This document shows positions 26,394 to 38,612 of a DNA stretch of 64,000 bases, piece by piece. Under the pieces are notes generated by a model. The model saw only the letters and a program-made list of their open reading frames with translations, searched no databases and had not been told where the DNA came from. Source of the DNA: Vicugna vicugna (Eukaryota); NCBI GenBank assembly GCA_013265495.1, contig MU058844.1, forward strand, positions 13,290,184-13,354,183, written 5' to 3'. How positions within the stretch are numbered: position 1 is the stretch's first letter; each line of letters begins with the position of its first letter. A program made the translations under genes and the position numbers.

Positions 26394-26838
26394 AACATCT
26401 TAAAGACATTCAAGCTTTGAATCATGTTTGTGATCTATCTCTCCACTTATTTAGGTCTTTTTTAATGTTTCTTAGCTTAATTGAGTAGTTTTCAATATAC
26501 AATCTTTGTCAGACTTATCTTTAAGCATTAATAATTTTTTCAATGCTATTATAAATGGCATTATTTTTTTAAACGTCTACTTCTGATTGTTCAATGCTAG
26601 GATATAGAAATGCAATTGATTTTCATATATTGAACTTGAAACCTGCATCCTTGGTGAAGTCACATATTTGTTCTAATATTTTTATAGGTTCTATCAGTTT
26701 TCTATGTTGATGATCATGTTGCCTGTGAATAAAGATAGTTTTACTTCTTTCTAGTCTGGATATCTTTTGTTTCCTTCTTTTGCCTTATTGTCCTGGCTAG
26801 GACCTCCAGTGTAATGTTGAATTAAAGTGGTGAGAGCA

Positions 26839-26993
26839 CTATAATGAAAAAGAATACGTACATATTTATATGTATAACTGAATCACTATGCTGTACACTA
26901 GAAACTAATACAACATTGTAAATCAATTATATTTCAGTAAAAAAAAAGGAGGAGGAGGTGGAGAACTCCACAACCCTTTCAATCTTAAAAAAA
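26839..26993 (+). mobile_element. Short L1 3' end with 39-nt extra segment and second A-tail
   Basis: tgtataactgaatcactatgctgtacac...caacattgtaaatcaa; perfect TSD AAAGTGGTGAGAGCA at 26824-26838 and 26994-27008. Confidence 0.9.
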
Positions 26994-27289
26994 AAAGTGG
27001 TGAGAGCAAGCATCCTAATTTTGTTCCTGTTCTTAGAAAACATTCAGTCTTTTAACATAAAGTTTTGATAGCTGTAGGTTTTTTTAATAGATGCCTTTTG
27101 TCAGGTTGAGAAAATTAATTTCTATTCTTAGTTTGCTGAATATTAATGATGTACATTTCCCTCAAGTAATGCTTTAGTAGAATTCCATCTATGTTGCTAT
27201 GTTGTGTTTCACTTTTCATTGAATTCAAAATACTGTATAACTTTTTTTTTAATTTCTTTTTTGACAACATGGGTTGTAGGGAAATAGTA

Positions 27290-28700
27290 GAAAAGGGACA
27301 AGAGGATGACAGCTTGAGGATTAGTTTGAGATAAAAGTTTGAGATACTGAGATATATCTCTGGGATGAGTAGAACAGAGGTAAAGGAAGATGCTGATGGT
27401 TGTATGAGTGGAGGGAGGAGAGGAACCGGAAGTTGAGGGAATTCCTACCTGATCCCTCTGTATCCTTGGTGAAGACAGAGGTAAGGCATCTACTGGGAGT
27501 AAGAGGATAGGTAACTGAATGTGGTAAAGAACTGAAGCAATCTTTGGGAGGGGGATGATAGTGAGAGAGAACTAGGTGCATATAGAAAAATTGTTGAAGC
27601 AATAGCTAAGGCTGAAGATTATGGATTTGTAGAAGCATACTGTACAGTTTTTTCTCCTGCTTTGCCTGGATGCCTGAGTGTAGGTTCAGAGGGAGCAGAC
27701 AGAAGTAGAAATGATTTAAGTTCAGAATTTTAATGAACCCATTTGGAGGAAACACAATGGAATGAAAAAATTGAAGTTATTGACAAGAGAATGTTTGAAG
27801 AGCTGGTTTAGGCTGGAAAGGGAAGGAAAGTGAAGCCAGGAAGGAACCGATGGAGCAGGGAAAATGGGTGCATGGGGAAATGGGTCAAAGGACTGGCTTT
27901 TTTTTTTTTTATAAAGAAATTTAAGAACTAGGTTAAAGGAATTAAATGAAAGAACAGAAAGTTTAAGTAGGTTGTGTGGTCAGGCTGTGGAGTACTGGAG
28001 GTTATGTTTTCATCAGTGAAGCAATTCTGTGGGACAAGTTTCAGGGTGTGGCTGTATATGTGGGAGACACAATTACAGCAGAATCAAAGATTATTGGATC
28101 AAGAAGTCCTAGGAATTGTGGCGAAAGGCATTTTATGGGGCCCACAGAGAGATTGTGAAACCACCCTGGGTGATGGTAAGGCCGGTGGTGGAGAGGAGAG
28201 TGTGAATCAGCTGCCATTTCATGTTTGAGGATGAATGTGAGGGGTTGGGTGATGACAGTCAGGAAAAGGCATTCAGGATTGTATACTAGAAGGCACATGC
28301 CTGCAGAGAACGCTGGCCCACCTCCAAGTCTCATGTCAAGTGAGGCTTAGGAGACCAAAAGCCACCCTCAACGAGGGCTGTAGAAGAGAAGAGTGCCCGG
28401 GGGAGGTCCAGGTTTGAGTTCAGCAAGGAATTGGTGACAGGTTCCCTTTTGGAGGATGAAAATGCACTGGACTTTGGTGAGCAGGTAACAGGGTTCTAGA
28501 GGAGATAGTAGAAAAATTTGGGAGTGAACAGATGTGGGTCACTTGTTTCTCCCTGATCCAAATATTAGTTTGATGTTCAGGGTTAAGGGCAGGACACAAG
28601 ACTGGAGGGTCATATCTTTGGGACAGTGATTGAAGGTGTCAGGGATGTGAGGCATGGCATTGTTCATAGACCTCAGGTTTCCAAAAGGAATTTTGATGTG
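27290..28700 (-). mobile_element. Highly decayed L2-like LINE remnant
   Basis: Long purine-rich stretch typical of antisense L2; boundaries uncertain. Confidence 0.45.
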
Positions 28701-29299
28701 AGGTTGCTTTTGTGTTGAAGCTAATGTCCCAAGTGATACCAGAAGCAATCTGTGAACTTGCCTACTTAAAACCTCTTTCAGCTCAGGAAAGTGTAACAGC
28801 ATTCCATTTCAAATATCAATGAATAAAGTATTTTTCCTTCCTGAAGACTAAGTTGTTTTTAGAGATTGTCTCATAGGTTGTAGTTCCCAAGCTTCCTATA
28901 AAAGCAAGGACAGTCCACTTGCCTTGTGATAAGACCTGTGTAGAAAGCGTTGGTCCAGAGAAATGTGGGCAACCACAGGGCTCCAGCTGAATACCCGTAG
29001 CAATTGCCTGTGGAATCCCTGTGTCCCATGATTGTGCATCTTTCTGTTGCTTTAATCATTTCCCTATCAAGCTATCTGCCAAAGTAACCCCTGGATGGGA
29101 GATCATATATTGAGTTCATGAGGGGCAGTTTTACTTTTTCCTTCTCTCAAGTATACCATCAGAAACATTTTCTTTCTTCATCGATGAGACTTTTTCTCTG
29201 AATTGACTTCACTGTTTCCCAGAAAAGCAAAGAGATCAAATGGCACATTTATGATTTCCATCTCTTCTGATGCAGTAGGGTTGTTTCTTATCTGGCAGG

Positions 29300-29700
29300 A
29301 AGATCTTGGGTCAGTTACTTTGCCTGCTTATGCCTCAGTCTCTTCTTCAGTGAGACACAATTAATAACACAGGACTCACCTTGCAGGATTGATGTGACCC
29401 CTATAGTTGATGTGCATGAAGTTCTTGGTCCAGAACTTGGTGTACAGCAGGTATTTAATAAATAATGGTGGCTGTTACTCTTACTTAGAACATAATGCCA
29501 GAATCATACAGAGGTTTAACACAAGTAAATTTACTACAGCTTCACAATCCTGTGAAATGGCTATTAATGAGGACACTTGACAGCTGAGGAAATTGAAGTT
29601 CAGTATGATTTCCAAGGTCAAAGCCTAGTAAATTGCAGAGCTCAGATGGGGCTTCAGGTCTGTTTGATTCTAGACCCAGTGTTCTTCCCGACACACTTAG
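29300..29700. mobile_element. Two MIR copies tail-to-tail (+ then -)
   Basis: gatcttgggtcagttac...tgcctcagtctcttc; then gacagctgaggaaattgaagttcag...ccaaggtca. Confidence 0.7.
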
Positions 29701-32700
29701 ATCATCCTAGGAAAACTGTTTAGAATTTAAAGAGGAACATTTCAAAATGTTTTATTGTTCCTATGGCTTATTGTAAACCCTGCTCTCAGGTAATTTTCTT
29801 GGGTCAGTCTCAAGCCCTTTATGCAAGAACTGTAAGCCCTTTTTCATCTTATTCAGTTTCTGGGGGCACACACAGAGAGAGATGCCTTGAAAGCTATTTC
29901 CTAGGCAAGGAGAATCATAGCCGGAGCAGTTGGGTGGTTTCTCATGGAGAGCTCAGCAATCAGGCTCAAATTAGATCATCAAAGCTAAACTCAGGGGGGG
30001 CTGTTGTTGATTTGAAATATCAGGGGAAGAGTAGGAACGCTGAAAGTCAGAATATCATACCGTCATATTTTTCCTGACCCAAGCAGATCAGAATTCATTT
30101 AGTTAGCAGTGAACAGAGGCTGCCCACTGAGTTCCTTAATTATAACACCAGGGAACTCTATAAAAACATGAGAGGAATGCCATTTCTGGAAATTCAGAAA
30201 TCGTGTGCTTTCACCTTCCCTCTGGGGTGGACATTTTATTGCAGACCAGGGAAGGCTTTTGCTGGACATGCAGATTCCCTCCATTCCCTTAATCATCGAA
30301 CATGACAAGCTCCATCATGCCTGGGGGTAATTTAAAATAATCCACAGTCCTTCAGGAGTTAACACTCTTTCCCATTCTACACCTGAAGAATTACTGTGTT
30401 TCTCATATCGCCTTCTGGAGACACAGCTCTGAAATGAAGTTTTAGAGAAGGTCTTGGAAATCATTCAGTTCTATCCCCTTACAGTTTAATAGTGAATAAA
30501 CCAGAGCCTCAAGAATTTTGATGGCTTTTCTCACACTACATGGCCAGATAATAGAAAGATTAAAATTGGAAGCCATATCTTGATGAGACAAACCAGTGTC
30601 ATGAAATGGGGCAGACTTCGGAGACAGAGATATGGCAATTTTATTTTATTTTATTTGATGTGAAGAGGAGGAATTCCTTAACCTTTTTGAGTGTTATTGT
30701 CTTGTCTGTAAAGTGTCTAAATATCTGCCTGGTAGGATGGTTGGGTAATTGAATAAAATCATGTGCTCAGCAGAATGTCCGGTATGAAAAAAATGACAGA
30801 TTTTACAAATTTGTCTTTGAATTCTCCATTATCATATTTAAAATAAGAGAGACATCTGCTGCACATTCTATGTATTTCCAGCTGAACTCATTGCTCTTCA
30901 CTCACCAGCTCAACCCAAACCAGTTCTGGAACCAACTGAGATTACAGTTACAAGCACTCAGAGCTCTTAGTGCAGTGGATTTAGAAAGCCTGGAGCGAGG
31001 TTTGCCTTCATCTTCATGTCTGCTCACCCTTGCTCCTTCCTTCAGTCTGTGCCTTAGTCATGCCAGTCCTACTCCACGCCATGCTGCCAGGCTTGAGAGA
31101 TTGATAGATCCAGCTTTCTGCCTCATTCTCCTCTAAGCATCTCTGTTCCCACTGGCATTCCTGTCCTTCTTTCACTGCAGTGCCTGTGGCTGCAGCCATA
31201 ATCTGATCATGTAGGAACTAGTGTTTGTCTCAGGTTCCAGTGAGGTCTAGCTGGAATGGTTGCTGATTAGATGTAGCCAGTCCTGGTAGTCTCAAATGTA
31301 TCCTCGGGGGCTCACAAGTTTTCCTGCACCTCTCCCAGGCCCAGGTAGAACTAGGGGCCTAGAAATGCAGGATGCTGGAGGGATGTGGCATTTCAAGATC
31401 TCACTCAGCATGGATTACCACAAGAAGTTACTCTGTTCTGTGCAAGAATGTGAAGGGGCCCGGTTCCTTCCTATCTGAATCATCTGGGCACCTGATGTTT
31501 CTCTCTTATGATTCAGGGGTTGATATCCAGTAAGCATGTCTTCAGAGAACCTCAGACCATCTGGCTGGGATCTGCTCCTGTTCCCATCTCCCCTAGACCT
31601 AGACATGGTGTAGGGGCTGGCACGGGGTTTTGACTCTTTTCTAGCAGCAGCTGGCTTTAACGAGACTCCAGACCACCCCTAGTTGGTGACTGACCCTCAC
31701 TGTACCTTTATGGGGTGGTTATGGGGCTGCATCTTGCTTGATTCTCCAAATGAGATCATCTCTTAATCCCTTCCCACTCACTCTTTTGGACTTGATCTTA
31801 GGCAGTCAGCCTAAGAGTGCCTAAAAAAATAAGTTATTTTCATACTGTCAGCCTCAAGACTTGACAAAAGTTCTACAAGACACCAAGCATCCAATACATA
31901 GAGCTTTCACAATTTGGCCTCGATATACATACAAGGCAATGAACTCTATAAACCATTACAAAACTACCCTATTTTGCTTGTATCAAAAAAATTTTTTTTA
32001 CAGTTTCATTTTTTTTCTTTATTCAAAATGGCAGTCGTTTTAATGAGTCCCACAGCAGGGGGGTTATTGGCTATTGAAAATACCTACATTGTGGAATAAA
32101 AGAAAGTCAGTAGGAAAATGTATGTTGCTTTTCAACCACTAATGTTAATCTCCGGGCATATCTGAGAAGCAGTCACATGGAACCTGGCTTACTTAAGCTT
32201 TTACTTATTTTAGCTCTCAGGCTGAATCACTTGAATCCTAAAAATTAGGGTTGCTTATCACTGTTGGAGACTCTTGTCTTTCCCCACCTTACTCTCTCTT
32301 GCCAGGATTATGGAGAAGACTGGCACTGCTTTGCTGAAATTGCGATGAGGCAATATCTTATAAAAATGATCATGCCAGGTAGAAGACTGATTAGTAGAAG
32401 GGCAGAGTTACAGGCTTTTAAAAAGACACTGCAATTCACAGTTCTCCTTTTGTGCTGGTCTCATCCCCTGTTTTTTTCCCCTCCCAGTTGGAGGGAGTAT
32501 TGAGACTGGGATTTCAGCCTGTAAACCATCGTTGGACTGGGGTAGCCAGTGAGGCAGTGAGATGCAGCTGTTCTACAGGGTGGCCGAAAACATAAGGGTA
32601 AAAGACAGCCGCTTCTTTTCCTGTTTTTGATTGGTTTACAGTTACTCCGGATTCCCCAAGACATTGTTCAGACTTGCTTTTCCAAAGCCCATTAAATCTT

Positions 32701-33949
32701 CGCTATTGGTTCATCTCCTGACTCCAAACATGACCTCACCCCACGTCCTGCCCAGTGGTTAGCACCTCTGAAGCATATGCATTTCTCGATCCAAGAGAAT
32801 CAGGATGGAAGATGGTGTTGGTGCTTGTTTAGGAGCTTTTCAAAATGAATCATTAGCGTGTGGGGATTTGGTGTGGATGACTGGCCAAGTAATTATCTGA
32901 AGGGATCTCGTGTCAGAACTCAGGTCTTTGCATGGAATTTAAGCTCAGGCCCTGGTACGTGAACTTATTACTGGGGAATGATCAAAATGATGTCACCTTG
33001 TTCCCACTTCTCAATGCTTTTGGAATGTCTCCCTCCCCAGGTACCCTTCCCTGTTATTCCAAAGGTGATTTGGGGGTAAGATTGAAAGCCATGGGCTGGG
33101 ACTGAATTCAGAGCTACATTTTCACTCAGGGTCTGAACACTCATCTTTACTCCCCAAAGCTCTTTCCCCTCAAATGACAAGGTAACTGAGCTGGTTAGCC
33201 CAGGGGATAAAAAGTGACTTGTCCTGGTGGCCACGGGAGTCACTTCCAGACCATGAATTGTAAGTTGTATCCCAGCATAAGTCTCTAAATGTTGAGCATC
33301 TTTTTTTTTCCCCCCTCTGGGAGATAGGGGTAGGGGTGTTGTCTTTGGTTTTATGATGTCTTCCCCCACCCCCTCCATTTTTAACAGATGCTACAGTTTG
33401 GTGAATTCAGGCTGGTAGGCTGACAGTAGTGCGTTGTGTTCAATGGACTTTCATGTCCAAATGCCCCCAAACAGAAACATTAACAGTGGAACCACTTCCT
33501 AGCTTGAAAGGTTAACTTGCCTGATTAGATTTATACTGGCTGAATGAAAGAATTTGTGGAGAGTAGTCTAAGAGAACAAAACTAGGGCATTTATTTCTCC
33601 CAAACATTATGACGATTAAAGAAGTGATCAGAGAAATAAATACATAATTTGTCTGGAGGTGCATTTAGCTCAGGGAGAGAGAAAGCAGCAGCAGAAGGAA
33701 AAGGGTCTGAGCAGCCGGTGAGAGTGGGTTTACCCTGGGATTTGAGTCTCCATGCTTTATTTGTATATGGTTGTACTTTTTCAGATATGCCCAGAGGGAA
33801 ATAAAAATAAGCAAAAGAAAGCCCTCTCATCTGCAGGACGAGAACAGGGGACCAAGGACAAACACCTTCCCTTCTTCATCTCCCAAACATGCCGAGGCTG
33901 CTGGATACCTTCGTTTGAAGAATTATCACGAATGCTTCTCTAACTCTTT

Positions 33950-34145
33950 TTAGGTAAGTGTGCTAAACGCTTTGCACGTCTTATTAATCCTCTCTGCATC
34001 CCTATGGGGAAAGTGGATTAATCTCCACATTTTGAAGACACTGAAGCTAAGGTTCATAGAAGTTAAATCGCTCAAGGTCCCACACCGAAGGAAAAGCTAG
34101 GCTTTGAACTCATTCTGCCTGGCGCCAGCCTCTATGCTCCAGGCC
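33950..34145 (-). mobile_element. MIR SINE
   Basis: tgtgctaaacgctttgcac...taatcctc...aagttaaatcgctcaaggtcccaca. Confidence 0.75.
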
Positions 34146-34879
34146 AGCCTCCTTTTACTAGAGTGTAGAAAACTTACATTTTCCATCGAATGTTTTTGTT
34201 CAGGGTTAAAGACAAGTGATCAACAAAAACAGGATTACAGAAGAAAACATTTTAATATTTTAGTAGAAGTCGGTTAATCAGCAAGTATTTCTTCATATCA
34301 CACTCTGTTCTTAACGTTGCATAAGGTGCACGGGGTGGGAATGGTGTTTCAGTGGCACATCTCGGCCCTTGACAAAGAACTTACAAGCTCCACAAGACGA
34401 CATGAGACTGCAGGGATCCAGAGGCATATTTTTAAGTGCTGAGTGCTTTGACTCTGAGTATTAAGGATGCTCGGGGAAGGGGGTGGTTTGTGTTGGTCTT
34501 TCATGTGCTGTTTTGCAGAATGTAGATAACTGCTGTGTCTTAGGGAATTGGAGAATTTAGAAAGCAGAAGGAAATGAGGCACTGAAGAGAAAAATCTGTT
34601 GTTCTTATTTTGTTGTTGTTCTTATTTATTCCACACTGAATGCAAACCCAGTGGTGAACAAGGTATAAAAGAGGGGGCGGCTGGAAACCTCGGGGCGGGC
34701 TTTTACTGCACGTAACAATGTGTGCTGAATCAGTCCACTGTCTTCTGTGTTAATATCAGGAGGATGGATGGTGTGCAGCCAGTTCAGTTGTACGTGTTGT
34801 TTGCAAAATGTTTGAGTTTAAATGTTTATAAACGCTTGTGACTATAAACTCAGTAATGGACAGTGTGTTAACCCATTGT

Positions 34880-35792
34880 GTTAATTGTGAACTGGTTTTA
34901 CTACCCGACACTTCTGACACAAAATGTGGGTTTCTTTTTTTCTCACACCAAGCACTTCTCCATTCTCCGAATACTAACCGGGTATCTTATGATTCAATTC
35001 ATTTCTGACACCAACGACCCAGAGTTGGCACAGACCCCACAGGTTAAGGGCTCAGTCTCACAAGACTGTTCCCATTTCAGGTGCCTATCTCAAGTCTTAG
35101 ACCTCTTATACTTCTGACCAATTGGCTTCACATGGGAGGTGCCCTGACCTCCTCTTCAGGTTTGATGATTCGCTGTGGTGGCTCACAGAACTCAAGGGAA
35201 CACTTTACTTACTACAGTTTATTATAAAGGGGACAAATGAACAGCTAGATGAAGAGGTGTATAGGGTGAGATCTGGAAGAACCCCAGCAAGGAGTTTCTG
35301 TCCCTGTGGAGTTGATGTGCACCACCCCTCTCAGCACATGGGAGTGTTCACCCACTCAGAAGCACCCTAAACCCTGCCATTTAGGAGGTTTTATGGAGGT
35401 TCTACTATGTAGGTATGATGATTAATTATTGGCCATTGGTGATCGAACTCACCCTCCAGCCCCCTTCCCTCCCCCAGAGGTCTGGGGATGGGACTGAAAG
35501 TTCCAAGTTTCTAATCAAGACTCAGTCTTTCTAGCAGCCAGCCCCCATCCTGAAGCTATTAAGGCGCCCCTCAGAGAAGGGTCATCTTGTTTGTACACCA
35601 AAGGCACTCTTATTGTGCGGGGAATTCCATGAGTTTTAGGAACTCAGTGTCAGGAACCAGGAACAGAGACCAAATATTATAACAGAAGATGCCTCTCTCA
35701 CCCACCCTTGCTCAGGAAATTCCGAGAGCTTTAAAAATCACTGTGTCAGAACTCAGGAAAAAGACCAAATATTTATTTCTTATTATATCACA
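34880..35792 (-). mobile_element. MER21-family ERVL solo LTR
   Basis: tctgacacc...ccagagttggcacagaccccacaggttaagggctcagtctcacaagactg; terminus atttcttattatatcaca. Confidence 0.88.
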
Positions 35793-35989
35793 ATCATCAA
35801 GGCATGTAACTCAGTTTTCTTGAACAAAACACAATCATAGATTATAATTACATCTGCAGAAAGGTCAGGGAGGAGTCTGCTTGTTGGGCTGGGTCATGTA
35901 AGTCTGTGGCAGCTCCCCGACTGGTGGAGGGGGCAAATAAAGGGCCCCAGGAATCTCTTTGTGAAGCTCTACCCGGACAGATTACTTAT

Positions 35990-36368
35990 TCTCTTAGCAG
36001 TGTGCGTCCACTGCATTTCATGCAGTTGTTTACTATCCTCTAAAGCGATCAATCCAAGAGACAAGGTAAAAGTTCCAACACCTTTTCTGACCTAGCCTTA
36101 GAAGTCACACAGCATCTCTCCCATGGCATTATTGTGGTCAAGGCAGTTAAAGGTCTGCATAGGTTCAAGAAAAAGGAAAACATACCCCACCTCTTGGTGG
36201 AGAGTGCTAATATCACATTTTAAGAAGAGCATGTAGCACTGGAATTTGATACAACATTGTAAAATGACTATAACTCAATAAAAAAAAAGTTTAAAAAAAA
36301 AAAAAAAGAAGACCGTGTAGGATAGAATATATGTCCATGACCATTTTTAGAAAATGCAATCTGCCACA
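35990..36368 (-). mobile_element. ERVL-MaLR LTR fragment (MLT1F-like)
   Basis: tgacctagccttagaagtcacacagcatc...ccccacctcttg...gaaaatgcaatctgccaca. Confidence 0.8.
36237..36305 (+). mobile_element. Ultra-short L1 3' tip with A-tail, inside the MLT1F
   Basis: acaacattgtaaaatgactataactcaataaaaa; TSD AAGAAGAGCATGTAG (36222-36236) / AAGAAGACCGTGTAG (36306-36320). Confidence 0.85.
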
Positions 36369-36519
36369 ATATGGAAAGCATGTAACCACACAGTGTTCAC
36401 AAACATTAGCTATTATTAATCTTACTACGTAAATGCTTTCTTAAATAATGAATCAATGTTTCATCCTTTGACTAGCGCTTCATACTGCAGTTAAATAATT
36501 ATTTACTGAATAATATTCA

Positions 36520-37125
36520 TATACCTTCTTTATGCACTCATCTGTTTTTGGACATTTAGGCTTTTTCATATCCTAGCTATTGTGAATAATCCTGCAATGA
36601 ACATGGGAGTACACATATCTCTTTGAGATACTGATTTTGTTTTCTTTGGATAGTTACCTAGAAGTGGGATTGCTGGATCATATGGTAATTCTACTTTTAA
36701 TTTTTTGAAGACCCTCCATACTGTTTTCCTTAGTGGCTACACCAATTTACATTCCCACCAACAGTGTACAAGGGTTTCCCTTTCTCCATATTGTTGCCAA
36801 CACTTGTTATCTCTTATCTTTTTGATAAAAACCATCTTGACAGGTGTGAGGTGATATCTTATTGCGGTTTTGACTTATATTTATCTAATGACTAGTGAAC
36901 ATCATTTCAAGTACTTATTTGCCATTTGTACATCTTTGGAGAAATGTCTATGCAAGTCTTTTTCCCATTTTTAACTGAATTATTTGATTTTTTGCTATTA
37001 AGTTGTATGAGTTCCTTATATATATATATATGAGATCAATCCCTTAATGGATATATAATGTATAAATATTTCTCTCATTCTGTAGGTTGCCTTATCATTT
37101 TGTTGATTATTTTTTTTCTACTTTA
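36520..37125 (-). mobile_element. L1M ORF2 3' remnant
   Basis: gaagtgggattgctggatcatatggtaattct...acattcccaccaacagtgtacaaggg. Confidence 0.9.
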
Positions 37126-37317
37126 ATTAGCTGGCCTTCTACTATGAGAAAAAAATTTCTCCTTCCACGATATTTATTTGAATTAATGGGTTCTTATTTT
37201 TGTTAAATGAATTATAATGCAGTACTGACAGTTAATTCATTTTGGTCCTCAAATTGTCCCAGACTTGGCCTGTGGGTGCAGTTAAAGCTGGTTCCTAAGC
37301 CTTTTTGACCTGTCTCC

Positions 37318-37698
37318 TGTGTTAGTCTGTTCAGGCTGCCATAACAAAATACCACAGACTAGATGGCTTAAACAGCAGAAATTTACTTCTCACAGTTCTG
37401 GAGTCTGGGAAGTCTAAGACCAAGGTGCCAGCCAGTTTTGCTCCTGGTGAGAGCTTTTTTCTTAGCTTGCAGATGGCCACCTTCTCTCTGAATCCTCACA
37501 TAGTGGAGAGAGAGTTCTAATGTCTCTTCCTCTTTTTATAAGGTCACCATCCCTATTGGATGAAGGTGCCATCCTCACGACCTCATTTCACCTTTATCAA
37601 CTCCTCACTGGTCCTGTCTCCAAGTACAGTCATGCTGTTCACAGGTTAAGGCTTCTATATAGGATTTTTGAGGAGACACAAACATTCAGACCTTAACA
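37318..37698 (-). mobile_element. ERVL-MaLR solo LTR (MLT1A-like), full length, within an old L1ME-like remnant
   Basis: tgtgttagtctgttcaggctgccataacaaaataccacagact...cacaaacattcagaccttaaca; 5-bp TSD TCTCC/TCTTC. Confidence 0.9.
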
Positions 37699-38424
37699 TC
37701 TTCTGTCTTTGGAGTACTTCCTTACTTTTTAATATAACAAGGTAGTCCAAATGTTCTTACATTCTTTGTCCCAGCCCTTCTTCTAAGCTCTGGTTCCTTT
37801 TAGTGAGGAATGGTGCTTGGAGATGAGTTCTGCAAGGAAGCATTCGTGCAGGTCATCTAATGTTAGGCTATTCAGGCAGAAAATAGTTAAATAGTGAATC
37901 CGTGAAAGGGTTAGAAGAGCTTCCTTGAAACAGAAAGTGTAAAAGACAGTAGGGCACTTCTCGGCCCTTGTCTAAGATGTTCCCTACATGATATTATTTT
38001 TGCATCCAATCAGTCCAAAGCAGTAGTTTGAAAGCCATAGACCTAGGCTAAGTGGAAGTGAGAATCTGCTGAACACTAACTCAGGGAAGCAGAAAAAACT
38101 GAGAGATAGTAAGAGGTCAGGATGCCAGAAGAAGGTACAGCACTTGTGGGACACCAGCTTTTCAGAAAACTGGTCAAAACCAGCAGACAAAGGGCCTTGT
38201 TTCAAAATAGTGACTGTAATTTAACCAATCATAAAGCTCAGTTGATACTCCAAGGCTAATAATATGGTCTTAGAGACCATTTGTAATTTTTGACTTAAGC
38301 TCTATTTCAAAGGTCCAACTTCCCTATGCAGGATCAGATTTCCCTGCCTTGCACTGAACTCAGACAATCTTTGTCTATCCTAAATCTTTATATTACTTAG
38401 CCTTACTGATTATTTAGGATGAGA

Positions 38425-38612
38425 GATGTAGTAGGGAGGAAAGGAGCCCTGGCGCTGGTACTCACTAATTATACATCTTTTGATGACTAATTGGCTTACT
38501 GTGTAAACCTAAGTCCCTTGTCCTTTCTGGTCCTCAGTTTTCTTATGCACAGAATGAGAGGCTGAGGCTAAATTATCTCTAAATTCTTTTCTAGCTTTCA
38601 AGCTCCATGAAA
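38425..38612 (+). mobile_element. MIR3-like SINE
   Basis: tctggtcctcagttttctta...aattatctctaaattcttttctagct. Confidence 0.6.

Larger units (their letters stand above)
23680..27275 (-). mobile_element. Old L1M ORF2 remnant hosting three later insertions
   Basis: ttgtggttttgatttgcatttcc...; collinear L1 ORF2 sequence resumes at ~25520, 26394 and 27009. Confidence 0.8.
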
